From a bacterium (GTDB taxonomy: Bacteria; DRYD01), in contig JBCNVB010000025.1 in NCBI GenBank assembly GCA_039630415.1, forward strand, positions 87,673 to 151,672: a stretch of DNA of 64,000 bases, written 5' to 3'. Below the pieces are notes generated by a model. That model was not told the origin of the DNA and ran no database searches. It saw only the letters and a program-made list of their open reading frames with translations. The translations under genes were made by a program, and so were the position numbers. Shown one piece after another: positions 40,353 to 50,964 of the stretch; position 1 is the first letter of the stretch, and every line of letters starts with the position of its first letter.

Positions 40353-41213
40353 ATGATAATAATACAGCTTCTAAAGAGAATAACAAGAAGAACGATATTT
40401 TTGATAGTGGGAATCTTTATCAGTTTGGGGATAATATTTTCAGATGTTGAATGGGTTAAGAGGGTTAATTTGGAGATATTAAGAAGAACGATAACTCCGG
40501 CTTCTAAGCAGGCATATGATTTTATAGAGTCATTACCTGCTGGTACCACGGTTTTAGTATCTGCGGATTATGGACCTTCAACGAGAGTAGAAGCTGATCC
40601 TATTCTTGAGAATTTTTTGAAACAGTGTTTTAGGAAGGACATAAATGTAATAGCTATTTCGTTATGGCCTGACGGTGCGCCAATCGTAGCTACCAAAACT
40701 AGGCAAATAGCTAAGATGTATAACAAGCAAGAAGATGTGGACTTTGTTATTGGTGGGTATGTGGTGGGTGGCGGAGTTGCAATAGAGAAGATGGGTGTGG
40801 ATTTAAAAAGTGCAATACCTTTGATAGCTGATAATCCAGCTCCTTTCTTAAAGGACATAAAAACAGCTAATGATCTAGGGCTTGTATTTGCAATAGCGGC
40901 TGGAGATACTTTGGTATTCTATATCAGAATACTTAAAAGTAGATATGGGGCTAATGTTTCTGGGGGATGTACTGCAGTTATGGCTGCAGAAATGTACCCC
41001 TATATACTCAGTGGACAATTAATAGGATTATTTGGAGGGCTAAAAGGCGCAGCAGACTACGAAATATTAGTTTCCAATCCAGAACCTGATCAAGTCAGCG
41101 AAGCAGTAAAATATATGCTAACTCAGTCTCTTATACACTCACTCATAATCATTTTCATCATTATAGCTAATATCGTTTTTCTCTATGATAGAATGAAAAT
41201 TAAATCTAAATGA
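40353..41213 (+). CDS. membrane-anchored protein of unknown function
   Basis: N- and C-terminal TM helices around an alpha/beta domain; DYGPS..E, GCTAV.A.E.YPY..SGQL.G..GGLKGAADYE. Confidence 0.75.
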   Translation: MIIIQLLKRITRRTIFLIVGIFISLGIIFSDVEWVKRVNLEILRRTITPASKQAYDFIESLPAGTTVLVSADYGPSTRVEADPILENFLKQCFRKDINVIAISLWPDGAPIVATKTRQIAKMYNKQEDVDFVIGGYVVGGGVAIEKMGVDLKSAIPLIADNPAPFLKDIKTANDLGLVFAIAAGDTLVFYIRILKSRYGANVSGGCTAVMAAEMYPYILSGQLIGLFGGLKGAADYEILVSNPEPDQVSEAVKYMLTQSLIHSLIIIFIIIANIVFLYDRMKIKSK

Positions 41214-41226
41214 TACATAGATCCAA

Positions 41227-42195
41227 ATGATAGTTAGTTCCAGAATAATTGATCAAGTTTTGTATTATTTAAATAACCTTTCTTCTGCTACTTTTGCATT
41301 TATAGGACAATCAAAGAAGCTAAAATTATCGATCATTGAGAAGGTATCAGCAAGCATGAATCAAAAGTTGGAAAAGTACTATCTTATTGAAGATGACACG
41401 ATTCCAATTGATATGATCAGATATGTTCTAAATCTAGTCAAGCTAAAAAGTACTGATCCAAGATTGGTTGTGATAGATTTAGATAACATAAACATATATT
41501 CAATGAATGCTATGTTAAAAACTCTTGAAGAGCCACCTAATGGAGTTTACTTTTTTCTTCTGAAGAAAGATACGAATATTATTCCTACGATTTTATCGAG
41601 ATCTATAAAAATCCATCTTAATGTTGAAAAAAGTGGCATTATTGAATATTTGATCAAGAGTTACAATTATACTCTTAACTGGGCTGAGTTTGTAACTATG
41701 TTTACAAATGGAGATTTTGATCTAATTAGCTATTTTAGTGAAAATTTTTGGGACTCAAGGAATAAGAGTGTAGCCAAGAATTTTGGCAAAATATTCCAGC
41801 TTTTAATAGATCAAAATTTAGAGGTGGTTTTTGATGAGGAATTCTGGGTCAAAAATTTTTCTACTTTTAGTTCATACAGGATTCTTCTTTGTATAACTAA
41901 AGCTTTCTTTAGAGATATATTGTTTTTGAAGTACTATAAGCAGTTGCATGATCAGGATTTACTAAAGAATATTGAAAAAAATCTCATTTTTACTAAGGTG
42001 TTTGATATGGAATACATTTTGGAGAAAACTCATAGGAGGATTAATTGCAAAATCACACCAAGCAGTATATTCAATCTTTTCGATAGGTTTAACAGGATAA
42101 ATAGTAACTCAATTTTTAAGAGAATAAACAAAAGAATTTTGTACTTTGGTTTTGGTTATTTGGTTTATAACTATCTTAGAGGTGGTGAGGATTAA
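41227..42195 (+). CDS. holB: DNA polymerase III delta-prime subunit, divergent
   Basis: IPIDMIR, NAMLKTLEEPP, IIPTILSRS; Walker A and zinc module not evident. Confidence 0.7.
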   Translation: MIVSSRIIDQVLYYLNNLSSATFAFIGQSKKLKLSIIEKVSASMNQKLEKYYLIEDDTIPIDMIRYVLNLVKLKSTDPRLVVIDLDNINIYSMNAMLKTLEEPPNGVYFFLLKKDTNIIPTILSRSIKIHLNVEKSGIIEYLIKSYNYTLNWAEFVTMFTNGDFDLISYFSENFWDSRNKSVAKNFGKIFQLLIDQNLEVVFDEEFWVKNFSTFSSYRILLCITKAFFRDILFLKYYKQLHDQDLLKNIEKNLIFTKVFDMEYILEKTHRRINCKITPSSIFNLFDRFNRINSNSIFKRINKRILYFGFGYLVYNYLRGGED

Positions 42196-43052
42196 TGTTT
42201 ATGTTTGTACTTTGGGTATTATTTTTATGCGTAAGTGTATTGCAGGTGAGGGCTCAGATAGATGAGCCTGTACTTCTATTTTTTTCAAATTCTCCGGAGT
42301 ATGTAAAAAGCAATGGGTATTTAATAAGTGGAACTATTTCACAATTCACACCAACAATGATATATTTTTATCATTTAAATGATTCCAATCAGGATAAGAA
42401 AATGTACTTGAGGTTTAAGGGTAACTGTGAAGCTTTTGTTAGTTTAACTTTCTCATCTTCAAAGGAAAACTATTTCAGAGTTGGTAATGATGTTGGTTTA
42501 GGAATACTTAAAAATAGTCCTCAAAAAATAGTAGTACAGGATCAGTATATATTTGAGGTTGATTTTTACTCTCAAAATTTGCTCTCAGGGTTTGTATGGG
42601 TTTTTAGTAATGGAAGGATTGATTTTGAATCTTGGGTACATGAACCCAATTATCGCCATATTCTGCCTCAGGATAACAAACATGTTAAGGGAATATTCGG
42701 TATGGGAAGAATAGTAACTTACCTTCCAACTGATATGAACTACATGGTTGTTGGAGATATACCTCTTTCAGGAATAGAGTCTAACATGTTACTAAAGGGT
42801 ACGTACAAAGTTTTTTATCATTTTGTGGTCAATAGACAAGTTAGCGGTATAGTTTTTTCCGCTCGAGGGGGGCCTTCCATACCTATGTTTCACCTAAAGT
42901 CAAAACAGGGTGATTTTATATATACTTCTGGAGGAGTTCATAAGCCTTACGATGAAAAACCTGTTTTTAACAATCAGGTATTTATAACGGAGTTTATATG
43001 CCAACCTCTGGGAGCATGTTATTATCCTGTATACTACAGAGTGATAGAGTAG
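42195..43052 (+). CDS. exported hypothetical protein (SNSPE / YFYHLN motif domain)
   Basis: Signal peptide ending VRA|Q; LFFSNSPEYV..GYL, YFYHLN, HVKGIF, ARGG. Confidence 0.7.
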   Translation: MFMFVLWVLFLCVSVLQVRAQIDEPVLLFFSNSPEYVKSNGYLISGTISQFTPTMIYFYHLNDSNQDKKMYLRFKGNCEAFVSLTFSSSKENYFRVGNDVGLGILKNSPQKIVVQDQYIFEVDFYSQNLLSGFVWVFSNGRIDFESWVHEPNYRHILPQDNKHVKGIFGMGRIVTYLPTDMNYMVVGDIPLSGIESNMLLKGTYKVFYHFVVNRQVSGIVFSARGGPSIPMFHLKSKQGDFIYTSGGVHKPYDEKPVFNNQVFITEFICQPLGACYYPVYYRVIE

Positions 43053-43054
43053 AA

Positions 43055-43549
43055 TTAATTAGTATTGTTTTGTTCAATATCTGATTGCTGAGGAATAGGT
43101 GGTACAAAAGAATTAGTAAGTCCAAAAACGGATAGAAGTAAGCTAGTTGAAGTTTGATATCTTTTACCTTTATAGTACCACACAACAGTTATCTTAATTT
43201 CTATTACGTTTGGTACAGTGGTTGTTTGAATGGGGCTGAGAATTACATCATAATTTCTTGATCTGGCTATTGTAAGATTATTGAGTTCAATTTTACCTCT
43301 AAGCATTTCTTGTGCTTGATCTGAATATGAGAAAGTATTATTTGATGGATTATAAGTTATATACATTTCGGTGTTATTCAGTATTTCATTTGAAGCAAAA
43401 ATAAGGATATTGTTGACGTCTATGTAGTATTGATTTATGTCACTTACTTTAGTTCCCCAATAAACAATTGAGTAGAGTGATATAATCAAAGCGAATGCTA
43501 TTGAAAAAGAAATCATTACTTCAACTAGGGTTAATCCTTTTTTGGACAT
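43055..43549 (-). CDS. minor type IV pilin / pseudopilin (PilV/GspI-like)
   Basis: MSKKG|LTLVEVMIS class III signal; IEIKITVVW terminal strand. Confidence 0.85.
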   Translation of the reverse strand: MSKKGLTLVEVMISFSIAFALIISLYSIVYWGTKVSDINQYYIDVNNILIFASNEILNNTEMYITYNPSNNTFSYSDQAQEMLRGKIELNNLTIARSRNYDVILSPIQTTTVPNVIEIKITVVWYYKGKRYQTSTSLLLSVFGLTNSFVPPIPQQSDIEQNNTN

Positions 43550-43650
43550 ACTCTAGTTTTTATTTTGCTGTTTTGGGTAAAGTTTCCTTTTGCTAGAATA
43601 AAGGTTAGGAAAGTTTTGTAGAGAATAAGAAAAGTAAGAGGTGTGAAACG

Positions 43651-44418
43651 ATGGCGGGGCATTCCAAGTGGCATAACATTAGACATAGAAAAGAAAGAAT
43701 GGATAAAATTAGGGGTAAGTTATTTTCTAAAGTTAGTAGAGAGATAATGGTAGCTGCAAGAGAGGGAGGACCTGATCCTTCTACTAATTCAAAACTTAGA
43801 ATAGCTATAAAGAGAGCCAAAGCTACTGGTTTCCCCTCAGAAAACATAGAAAAAATACTTCTTAAAGCTCAAGGTAAATTAGAAGGAGAGGAATTACACG
43901 AAATAATATATGAAGGATATGGTCCTTATGGTGTTGCCATAATGCTTGAAATAATTACCGATAATAGAAACAGAACGGCCTCAGAAATAAGAAGGATTTT
44001 CCAAAAACATAACGGTAATTTAGCTGAAAGTGGAAGTGTATCCTGGATATTTAAGCGTAAAGGAGTTTTTAACTTTTCCAATTTATCAAACCCAAATGAT
44101 CTTGAAAATAAACTCCTATCGGAGTTAATAGACTACATAGAAGATATTAAAATACAAGATAACGAACTAGAGCTAATAGTTGCGCCGGAAAACTTCGAAA
44201 TAGTAAAAGACCACCTTGATTCAATGAGTTTAACTCCCTCAAGCGCAGATATAACCTACTTACCTGAAAATACAGTAACAATAGACGATGTAGATAAAGC
44301 AGTAAATATACTAAAACTAGCTGAAGCTTTAGAAGACCACGATGACGTACAAAAAGTACACCTTAACTTTTTCATACCTCAGGAAATCCTTAATAAAGCA
44401 CTTGAGCTAAATAAGTAA
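43651..44418 (+). CDS. yebC: YebC/PmpR family protein
   Basis: MAGHSKWHNI, YEGYGPYG, TDNRNRT, LEDHDDVQKV. Confidence 0.96.
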   Translation: MAGHSKWHNIRHRKERMDKIRGKLFSKVSREIMVAAREGGPDPSTNSKLRIAIKRAKATGFPSENIEKILLKAQGKLEGEELHEIIYEGYGPYGVAIMLEIITDNRNRTASEIRRIFQKHNGNLAESGSVSWIFKRKGVFNFSNLSNPNDLENKLLSELIDYIEDIKIQDNELELIVAPENFEIVKDHLDSMSLTPSSADITYLPENTVTIDDVDKAVNILKLAEALEDHDDVQKVHLNFFIPQEILNKALELNK

Positions 44419-44453
44419 ATAAAAAGTATAAAAAGCTTGGAGGAGGATGAAGT

Positions 44454-45341
44454 ATGTCAATATCAATGGAATTAGTAAAACAATTGAGAGAGGAAACAGG
44501 AGCAGGGATAAGTGATTGTAAGAATGCTCTAATAGAGTCTAATGGAGATATAGAAAAAGCAAGGAAAATACTTTTAGCCAAGGGGTCTGCTAAAGCAGCC
44601 AAAAAAGTAGATAGAGTAACAAAGGAAGGGGTAATAGCTGTACAAAATAACGGTAAAATAGCTGTAATATTGGAGCTTGCATGTGAAACCGATTTCGTAG
44701 CAAGAAATCAAAAATTTATAGAGCTGTCCAAAAATATTGCCTCTTCCATACTCGAAAAATTTAGTGCTAGTGAAACTCCATCCATTGAAGAATTACTTAA
44801 AACTGAATATCAGGATTCTAAAGACCTTCAAACCTTCCTTAATGAAAATATCTCTATATTTGGAGAGAACATAAAGCTAACTAGATTTGAAAAATTTACA
44901 ACACAAAGCGAAAACCAATATATTTTTGATTACTTACATTTCAATAATAGAGTAGGTGTACTAGCTTTAGTAGAATTTGAAAAACCAATAAGTGAGAATG
45001 AACAGATAAAAAGGGAGTTTGGTACCAAAACTGTTTTCCAAATTGCTTCTATGAAACCAATCTATATAGATCTAAACAGTATACCAAAAGAAGAGATGGA
45101 AGAGCAAAAGAAAATAGCTTTCCAACAGGCATTGAGTGAGGGTAAACCAGAGCATATAGCACAAAAAATAGCTGAAGGAAAGGCAGCTAAAATATTCGAA
45201 GAAAGTGTTTTACTAGAACAACAATTCTATGATGATTCTCTAAAGCTGCCCAAATTCAAGGATTACCTAAAACATATTTCACAAACTATAAAGGAAAATA
45301 TAACCATAAAGAAAATGGTTAGATTTGAGATATCGAAATGA
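44454..45341 (+). CDS. tsf: elongation factor Ts
   Basis: VKQLREETGAG..DCK.AL, CETDFVA, GKPEHIAQKIAEG. Confidence 0.96.
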   Translation: MSISMELVKQLREETGAGISDCKNALIESNGDIEKARKILLAKGSAKAAKKVDRVTKEGVIAVQNNGKIAVILELACETDFVARNQKFIELSKNIASSILEKFSASETPSIEELLKTEYQDSKDLQTFLNENISIFGENIKLTRFEKFTTQSENQYIFDYLHFNNRVGVLALVEFEKPISENEQIKREFGTKTVFQIASMKPIYIDLNSIPKEEMEEQKKIAFQQALSEGKPEHIAQKIAEGKAAKIFEESVLLEQQFYDDSLKLPKFKDYLKHISQTIKENITIKKMVRFEISK

Positions 45342-46036
45342 GGTACAGTAGAGTATTGTTAAAATTAAGTGGAGAGATGTTTGGTGGTGAGGCACGCAAA
45401 GGACTAGATTTTGACATAATAACCAAGTATGCGCAAGAAATAAAAAGTGTTCAAGAGCAAGGAGTACAATTTACAGTAGTGGTTGGTGGGGGGAATTTTG
45501 TAAGGGGTAGAGAGTTAAAAGGTATAGCGCGTGCTACAGCAGATTATATGGGAATGCTAGCTACTGTTATAAACGCTTTAGCTTTCCAAGAAATACTAGA
45601 AGGAATAGGTGTACAAACAAGAGTAATGACCTCTTTGGAAATAAAGTCAGTTGCTGAACCTTTCATAAGAAGAAGGGCTATAAGGCACCTAGAAAAAGGA
45701 AGGGTGGTTATAATAGCTGGTGGAACAGGGAACCCATTCTTCTCAACTGATACCGCAGCTGCACTAAAAGCAATAGAACTAGACTGCAATATTCTTCTAA
45801 AAGCTACTAAAGTAGATGGAGTATACTGTAGTGACCCCAATATTAATCCAAATGCACTAAAATATACTCAACTTTCATACAAGGAAGTTCTAGAAAAAAA
45901 TCTTGGCTTTATGGATAGTACCGCAATATCACTTTGTATGGAGCACAGAATGCCAATAGCGGTATTTAGTATCAAGGATTATGGAAACATAACTAAAATT
46001 ATATCTGGTCAAAATATAGGAACTATAATATGTTAA
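45338..46036 (+). CDS. pyrH: UMP kinase
   Basis: LLKLSGE, GGGN, DYMGMLAT, GTGNPFFSTDTAA. Confidence 0.97.
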   Translation: MRYSRVLLKLSGEMFGGEARKGLDFDIITKYAQEIKSVQEQGVQFTVVVGGGNFVRGRELKGIARATADYMGMLATVINALAFQEILEGIGVQTRVMTSLEIKSVAEPFIRRRAIRHLEKGRVVIIAGGTGNPFFSTDTAAALKAIELDCNILLKATKVDGVYCSDPNINPNALKYTQLSYKEVLEKNLGFMDSTAISLCMEHRMPIAVFSIKDYGNITKIISGQNIGTIIC

Positions 46037-46056
46037 CTGAAAAGGGGGTAAAATAG

Positions 46057-46482
46057 ATGCCAACTATAAACCAACTTATAAGGAAAGGAAGGCAAAAAGT
46101 AAAGAAAAAATCAAAGGTACCTGCTCTGCACTATTATTATAACTCTCTACAAGGTAGAGTTTATTGGGATTCTAAAGGATCACCTCAAAAGAGAGGAGTG
46201 TGTATTCAAGTAAAAACTATAACTCCTAAAAAACCGAATTCAGCTTTAAGAAAAGTTACTAAAGTCAGACTAAGTAATGGAATGGAGGTAACTGCTTACA
46301 TACCTGGTGAAGGACACAATCTACAAGAGCACTCGGTAGTTCTCATAAGAGGTGGAAGAGTAAAGGATTTACCGGGAATAAGATATAAGGTTGTAAGAGG
46401 AAAGCTTGATGCCGCTGGAGTAGAAAAGAGAAAACAAAGTAGATCAAAGTACGGCGCACGTAACCCTAACAAGAAGAAGTAA
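46057..46482 (+). CDS. rpsL: 30S ribosomal protein S12
   Basis: [39 protein letters not shown]; ~13-aa N-proximal insert. Confidence 0.98.
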   Translation: MPTINQLIRKGRQKVKKKSKVPALHYYYNSLQGRVYWDSKGSPQKRGVCIQVKTITPKKPNSALRKVTKVRLSNGMEVTAYIPGEGHNLQEHSVVLIRGGRVKDLPGIRYKVVRGKLDAAGVEKRKQSRSKYGARNPNKKK

Positions 46483-46507
46483 TACCTATACTACAAATAA
46501 ACTTAAT

Positions 46508-47395
46508 ATGTTCAAGTATATCGAAACCGTAGTAACTTCATTAGCAAAAGAGATATACGATAATATAAGCAAAAACTGGGGAATGTTTTTTGCAGCAACG
46601 ACTATCGTATCTTTTTCCTTCTTCGTACTTCAACTAATCATCCTTGTATACTACAACATGGAAAATATAAAACAAAAAATGTTTACTCAAATAACTATAC
46701 ACGTATACCTTAAAAGAGATGCCAAAATTGACGAAATATCAAAGCTAATGTATATCTTGGAGTCTAATGATAAAATTTTGAATGCTACGTTGGTATCAAA
46801 AGAGGAGCTAATAAAAAGAATAGAACAGGAGACGAAGATAAGGTATTCTGATTTACCTATAGGAAACGTAATATACATAAAGGTAAAAAAACCCGAGTAT
46901 GTTGACTTAATATCTCAAGAAGTAAAAAAACATAAAGTAGTGAAGGATGTGGTATATTGGCAAGAGTATGCAAAAAACGTTGCAAACTTGTTTGAGATAG
47001 TAAAAAAAATACTTTTTACTGTAATGGCTATAATATGCTTGGGTGTGATACTAATAATTAACAACACGGTAAAGATGTCAATTTTGTCTAGAAAAAATGA
47101 GATAAGGATAATGAATTTAGTTGGAGCGTCGGGATGGTTTATAAAAACTCCTCTCTTTGCGGAGATATTTATCGTTTTGGTAATATCTGCCTTCATTTCA
47201 CACTACTTCTTAAGACTAGGTTATGGATATATTTTTGATAAGTTCAATTCTCAATTTTCTTTCTTTAGCTTATTGCCAGTGGATTATCTTATACATATAA
47301 GAAACGTGGTATTGGCAATCGGTTTAGTGGTTTCATTTATATTTGTAACAAATGCAATAGAAAAATATCTTAAAAAATTATCCGAAGATGAGTAG
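46508..47395 (+). CDS. ftsX: cell division permease-like protein FtsX
   Basis: TM1 plus extracytoplasmic loop, [30 protein letters not shown]. Confidence 0.88.
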   Translation: MFKYIETVVTSLAKEIYDNISKNWGMFFAATTIVSFSFFVLQLIILVYYNMENIKQKMFTQITIHVYLKRDAKIDEISKLMYILESNDKILNATLVSKEELIKRIEQETKIRYSDLPIGNVIYIKVKKPEYVDLISQEVKKHKVVKDVVYWQEYAKNVANLFEIVKKILFTVMAIICLGVILIINNTVKMSILSRKNEIRIMNLVGASGWFIKTPLFAEIFIVLVISAFISHYFLRLGYGYIFDKFNSQFSFFSLLPVDYLIHIRNVVLAIGLVVSFIFVTNAIEKYLKKLSEDE

Positions 47396-48521
47396 AGTTA
47401 TAATTACTACATTGATCTTTGTTTGCTTTTTATTTTCAGGTGTGAGTTTAGTAAACTCTGACGATAAAGTTGATAATCTCAAGCAACAAATATTTTATCT
47501 CAAGCAGAGGATAAAAGAGAAAAAGAAGAGACTATACTACCAAAGCTTAGCTAAGAAAGAGATAGAAAGGCAACTTTCAAAAACTTGGCAAGAATTAACT
47601 GAAATAGAGTACAATATTTTGGTTACTCAAAAGAGGCAAAAACAGATCCAACAAAAAATTAAAAGTATTTCTTCGCAAATGGATAGTATAAGAGCTAGAA
47701 TAATTACAATCAATACTTATCTAGAAAACAAGGTGATAAAATTTATGAAATATGATGCTGATTTTTTTTACTTAATATTTACAACAAAATCTCAGGACCT
47801 AATCTTGGATTGTTTGTACATAATAAAAGAATCAATTAAGACAGATATAACCCTGATAAATATGCTTAACAATCAAAATAAAGAGATTGCCAAGAAAAAT
47901 AAAGAGCTAATAGAGTTAAATAAAGAATTAAAACAGATAAGTAGAAGGTTGGAAGAGCAAAAAAAATACCACAGTTCAATTTTGAAAAAAAGGCAACAAT
48001 TACTAGGTAAATATAAAAGAGAAATAGAAAAGACAAAGCAAGATATTGAGTACTATGAAAGTATCCAGAAGGAAAAGTATGAAGAATTGCAGAGATATAT
48101 AGCAAGAAACATGAGCAGGAGTTTAGTTTATAGGGGTGGAAAATTCTTGTGGCCTACTACTTCTTCAGTTATAACCTCATACTTTGGCTATAGAGTACAC
48201 CCCATATGGGGTACTACGAGATTTCATTCGGGTATAGACATAGGAGCACCATATGGAGCACCTATATATGCGGCAGCCGATGGAATAGTAATTTTTGCTG
48301 GATGGTACTATGGATATGGATACACTGTAGTAATAGATCATGGAAGCGGAATATCTACTTTATATGCTCATTGCTCATCTATACTGGTTTCGAAGGGTCA
48401 GACTGTTTATAAGGGGCAGGTTATAGCTAGGGTGGGGTCTACCGGTAACTCCACGGGGCCACATTTGCATTTCGAAGTCCACATAAATGGTAACCCTGTT
48501 AATCCACTTAACTATTTGTAA
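47388..48521 (+). CDS. coiled-coil M23 peptidase (EnvC/CwlO-like)
   Basis: Signal peptide, long coiled coil, intact HSGID and HLHFEV zinc motifs; follows ftsX. Confidence 0.9.
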   Translation: MSRVIITTLIFVCFLFSGVSLVNSDDKVDNLKQQIFYLKQRIKEKKKRLYYQSLAKKEIERQLSKTWQELTEIEYNILVTQKRQKQIQQKIKSISSQMDSIRARIITINTYLENKVIKFMKYDADFFYLIFTTKSQDLILDCLYIIKESIKTDITLINMLNNQNKEIAKKNKELIELNKELKQISRRLEEQKKYHSSILKKRQQLLGKYKREIEKTKQDIEYYESIQKEKYEELQRYIARNMSRSLVYRGGKFLWPTTSSVITSYFGYRVHPIWGTTRFHSGIDIGAPYGAPIYAAADGIVIFAGWYYGYGYTVVIDHGSGISTLYAHCSSILVSKGQTVYKGQVIARVGSTGNSTGPHLHFEVHINGNPVNPLNYL

Positions 48522-48523
48522 AC

Positions 48524-50926
48524 ATGAATATAACGCCATTATTTAAACAGTACTTGCAGTTAAAACAAAAAGCTAAAGATGCAATATTGCTTTTTAGAGT
48601 AGGAGATTTTTATGAAACTTATTTTGAAGATGCTAAAATATTTTCGGAGGTAAATTCTGTTGTTTTGACTAAGAGAACGTTACCTGATGGTAGAACCGTA
48701 CCGATGGCTGGAGTACCCTTTCATGCAGTTGATAACTACATAAAAAATCTTCTAACTGCTGGTTACAAAATAGCTATAGCAGAACAGCTAGAGGAACCTT
48801 CAAATAAAGGAAATATTGTTAAAAGGGATATAGTTGAAATTATTACACCGGGTACTATAACGTCGTATAACTATCTGGATGAAAAGAGTTTTAATTTCCT
48901 AACTGCTATACACTATGCTAACCGAGTATTCCATGTTTTATCAGCCGATATTAGCGTATTAGAGGGTTTTGTTTCTATTGTAGAACCAAGTAGACTGATT
49001 AATGTTATATCTTATTTTAATCCTTCAGAAGTGCTTATATCTTCAGATTTTCCGGAGTTGTATAAAAATCAGTTGATTAACTATAGATGTAGCGTGATTC
49101 AAAATCGTAAGTATTCTTATGAAGAATTAGTTAGGTACATAATTGATAATAACTCTTTATTTTTACTGGAAAGGAATCAGATGTTTGATGTATTTTCGTT
49201 GCTTCTTAGTTATCTTGAGAAAAATATAATTTTGAAACCAGAAAGTTCTATTAAGTTCAGGTTACGAAAATTTGATGACGATGTGATATTCCTTGATGCT
49301 GCTACTATAAAAAATTTGGATTTAGTTGGTAAGAACAGTTTAGCGGAAATACTTGGTAATACTTCGACTGTGTTTGGTAGTAGAAAATTCAAAGTTTTTA
49401 TAACTCAACCTTTAAAGAATAGGCAGAAAATACACCAAAGATTAGAAGCTGTTGAGTATTTTTACAATAATACTGATCTAATTCTTGATCTAAGAACTAT
49501 TCTCAAAAAGTTACCAGATATCGAAAGAATATTATCCAAGTTTTCTATTTACAGGTATAGCTTAAATGATTTGATTTCTTGCAAAAGATTTTTTGAAGTT
49601 CTTGAGGAATTAGTTCAAAAGATATCTATGATCAAGAATACTCCTGAGCTGATTAAAAATATTTTACAGAGTATACAGGATAGTTTTAGTTCACTTACTG
49701 AATTAAGACAAATGTTGTTAAATTGTATAGACGATCAAATAAGAGAATTTCAGCATGTAGATCTCGTAATAAAGGAAGGATTTAATCATACTATGGATGA
49801 GTTTATTTATATTTTGAAAAATAATGATAAATGGTTAAGGGATTATGAGGATGAGTTGAGACGAAGGACGGGTATAAAATCCCTAAAGATTTCGTATAAT
49901 CAGGTGTTTGGTTACTACATAGAGGTTACCAAGGCTAATGCGAAGTTAGTGCCAAGCTATTTTGAAAGGAAGCAAACTCTTGTAAACGCGGAAAGATATG
50001 TAACTCCAGAGATAAAAGAATTTGAAGCAAATTTAGAAAAAGCTGTTTCTACAATAAATCAGCTCCAACAGGAACTGCTCAGATACATAGTATCAAGTAT
50101 AAATGAGAATAGAATACACATAATCAATCTAGTGGAAAATATTTCTTTGCTAGATATAATTTTAGCCTTATCGTATGCAGCAGTTATTAATAATTACGTC
50201 AAACCTGAAATAGTTGAAGAAAAAGTTATATATATGAAGGAAGCAAGGCATCCAGTATACGAAAAATTCTTTGAATTTTTTGTACCTAATGATGTTAATA
50301 TTACGCCGGAGAAGTTTTTTATAATCTTAACTGGTCCGAACATGGGTGGTAAATCCACTTACATAAAGACGGTAGCTATTAATACACTAATGGCTCATAT
50401 AGGTAGTTTTATACCCTGTAGTTATGCAAAAATAGGTTTGATAGATGGTTTATACACTAGAATAGGTTCTTCAGATGAGATAATAAGGAACAAGAGTACA
50501 TTTATGGTGGAAATGTTAGAAGCAGCATATATACTTGATAATTGTACTGAAAACAGTTTAATTGTAATGGATGAGATAGGTAGAGGGACCAGTACTTATG
50601 ATGGTATGGCAATTGCCTGGGCTATATGTGAATACCTATCAACTAAAGTAAAATGTAGATCGATTCTAGCTACACATTTTCATCAATTAGCAAATTTAGA
50701 AAAGGTTAATTCCAACATAGCTAATTATCATGTTAAAGTTTTGGAAGCAGATGATAGAGTCGAGTTTACCTACAAAGTAGTTAAAGGAGCAGCGGAAAAG
50801 AGTTACGGAATATTTGTAGCTAAAATAGCCGGGGTTAAACCTGAAGTAATTAAAATAGCTGACCAAGTACTCCGAAATTTTGAAAAAATCACAGGAATTA
50901 AGAAAGTACAAACAAAGTTTATTTGA
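48524..50926 (+). CDS. mutS: DNA mismatch repair protein MutS
   Basis: GDFYE, GPNMGGKST, STFMVEM, DEIGRGTST.DG, ATHF, SYGIFVA. Confidence 0.96.
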   Translation: MNITPLFKQYLQLKQKAKDAILLFRVGDFYETYFEDAKIFSEVNSVVLTKRTLPDGRTVPMAGVPFHAVDNYIKNLLTAGYKIAIAEQLEEPSNKGNIVKRDIVEIITPGTITSYNYLDEKSFNFLTAIHYANRVFHVLSADISVLEGFVSIVEPSRLINVISYFNPSEVLISSDFPELYKNQLINYRCSVIQNRKYSYEELVRYIIDNNSLFLLERNQMFDVFSLLLSYLEKNIILKPESSIKFRLRKFDDDVIFLDAATIKNLDLVGKNSLAEILGNTSTVFGSRKFKVFITQPLKNRQKIHQRLEAVEYFYNNTDLILDLRTILKKLPDIERILSKFSIYRYSLNDLISCKRFFEVLEELVQKISMIKNTPELIKNILQSIQDSFSSLTELRQMLLNCIDDQIREFQHVDLVIKEGFNHTMDEFIYILKNNDKWLRDYEDELRRRTGIKSLKISYNQVFGYYIEVTKANAKLVPSYFERKQTLVNAERYVTPEIKEFEANLEKAVSTINQLQQELLRYIVSSINENRIHIINLVENISLLDIILALSYAAVINNYVKPEIVEEKVIYMKEARHPVYEKFFEFFVPNDVNITPEKFFIILTGPNMGGKSTYIKTVAINTLMAHIGSFIPCSYAKIGLIDGLYTRIGSSDEIIRNKSTFMVEMLEAAYILDNCTENSLIVMDEIGRGTSTYDGMAIAWAICEYLSTKVKCRSILATHFHQLANLEKVNSNIANYHVKVLEADDRVEFTYKVVKGAAEKSYGIFVAKIAGVKPEVIKIADQVLRNFEKITGIKKVQTKFI

Positions 50927-50964
50927 ACAAAATAGTTAAAAAAATTTGGCAATAGAGGTGAACT

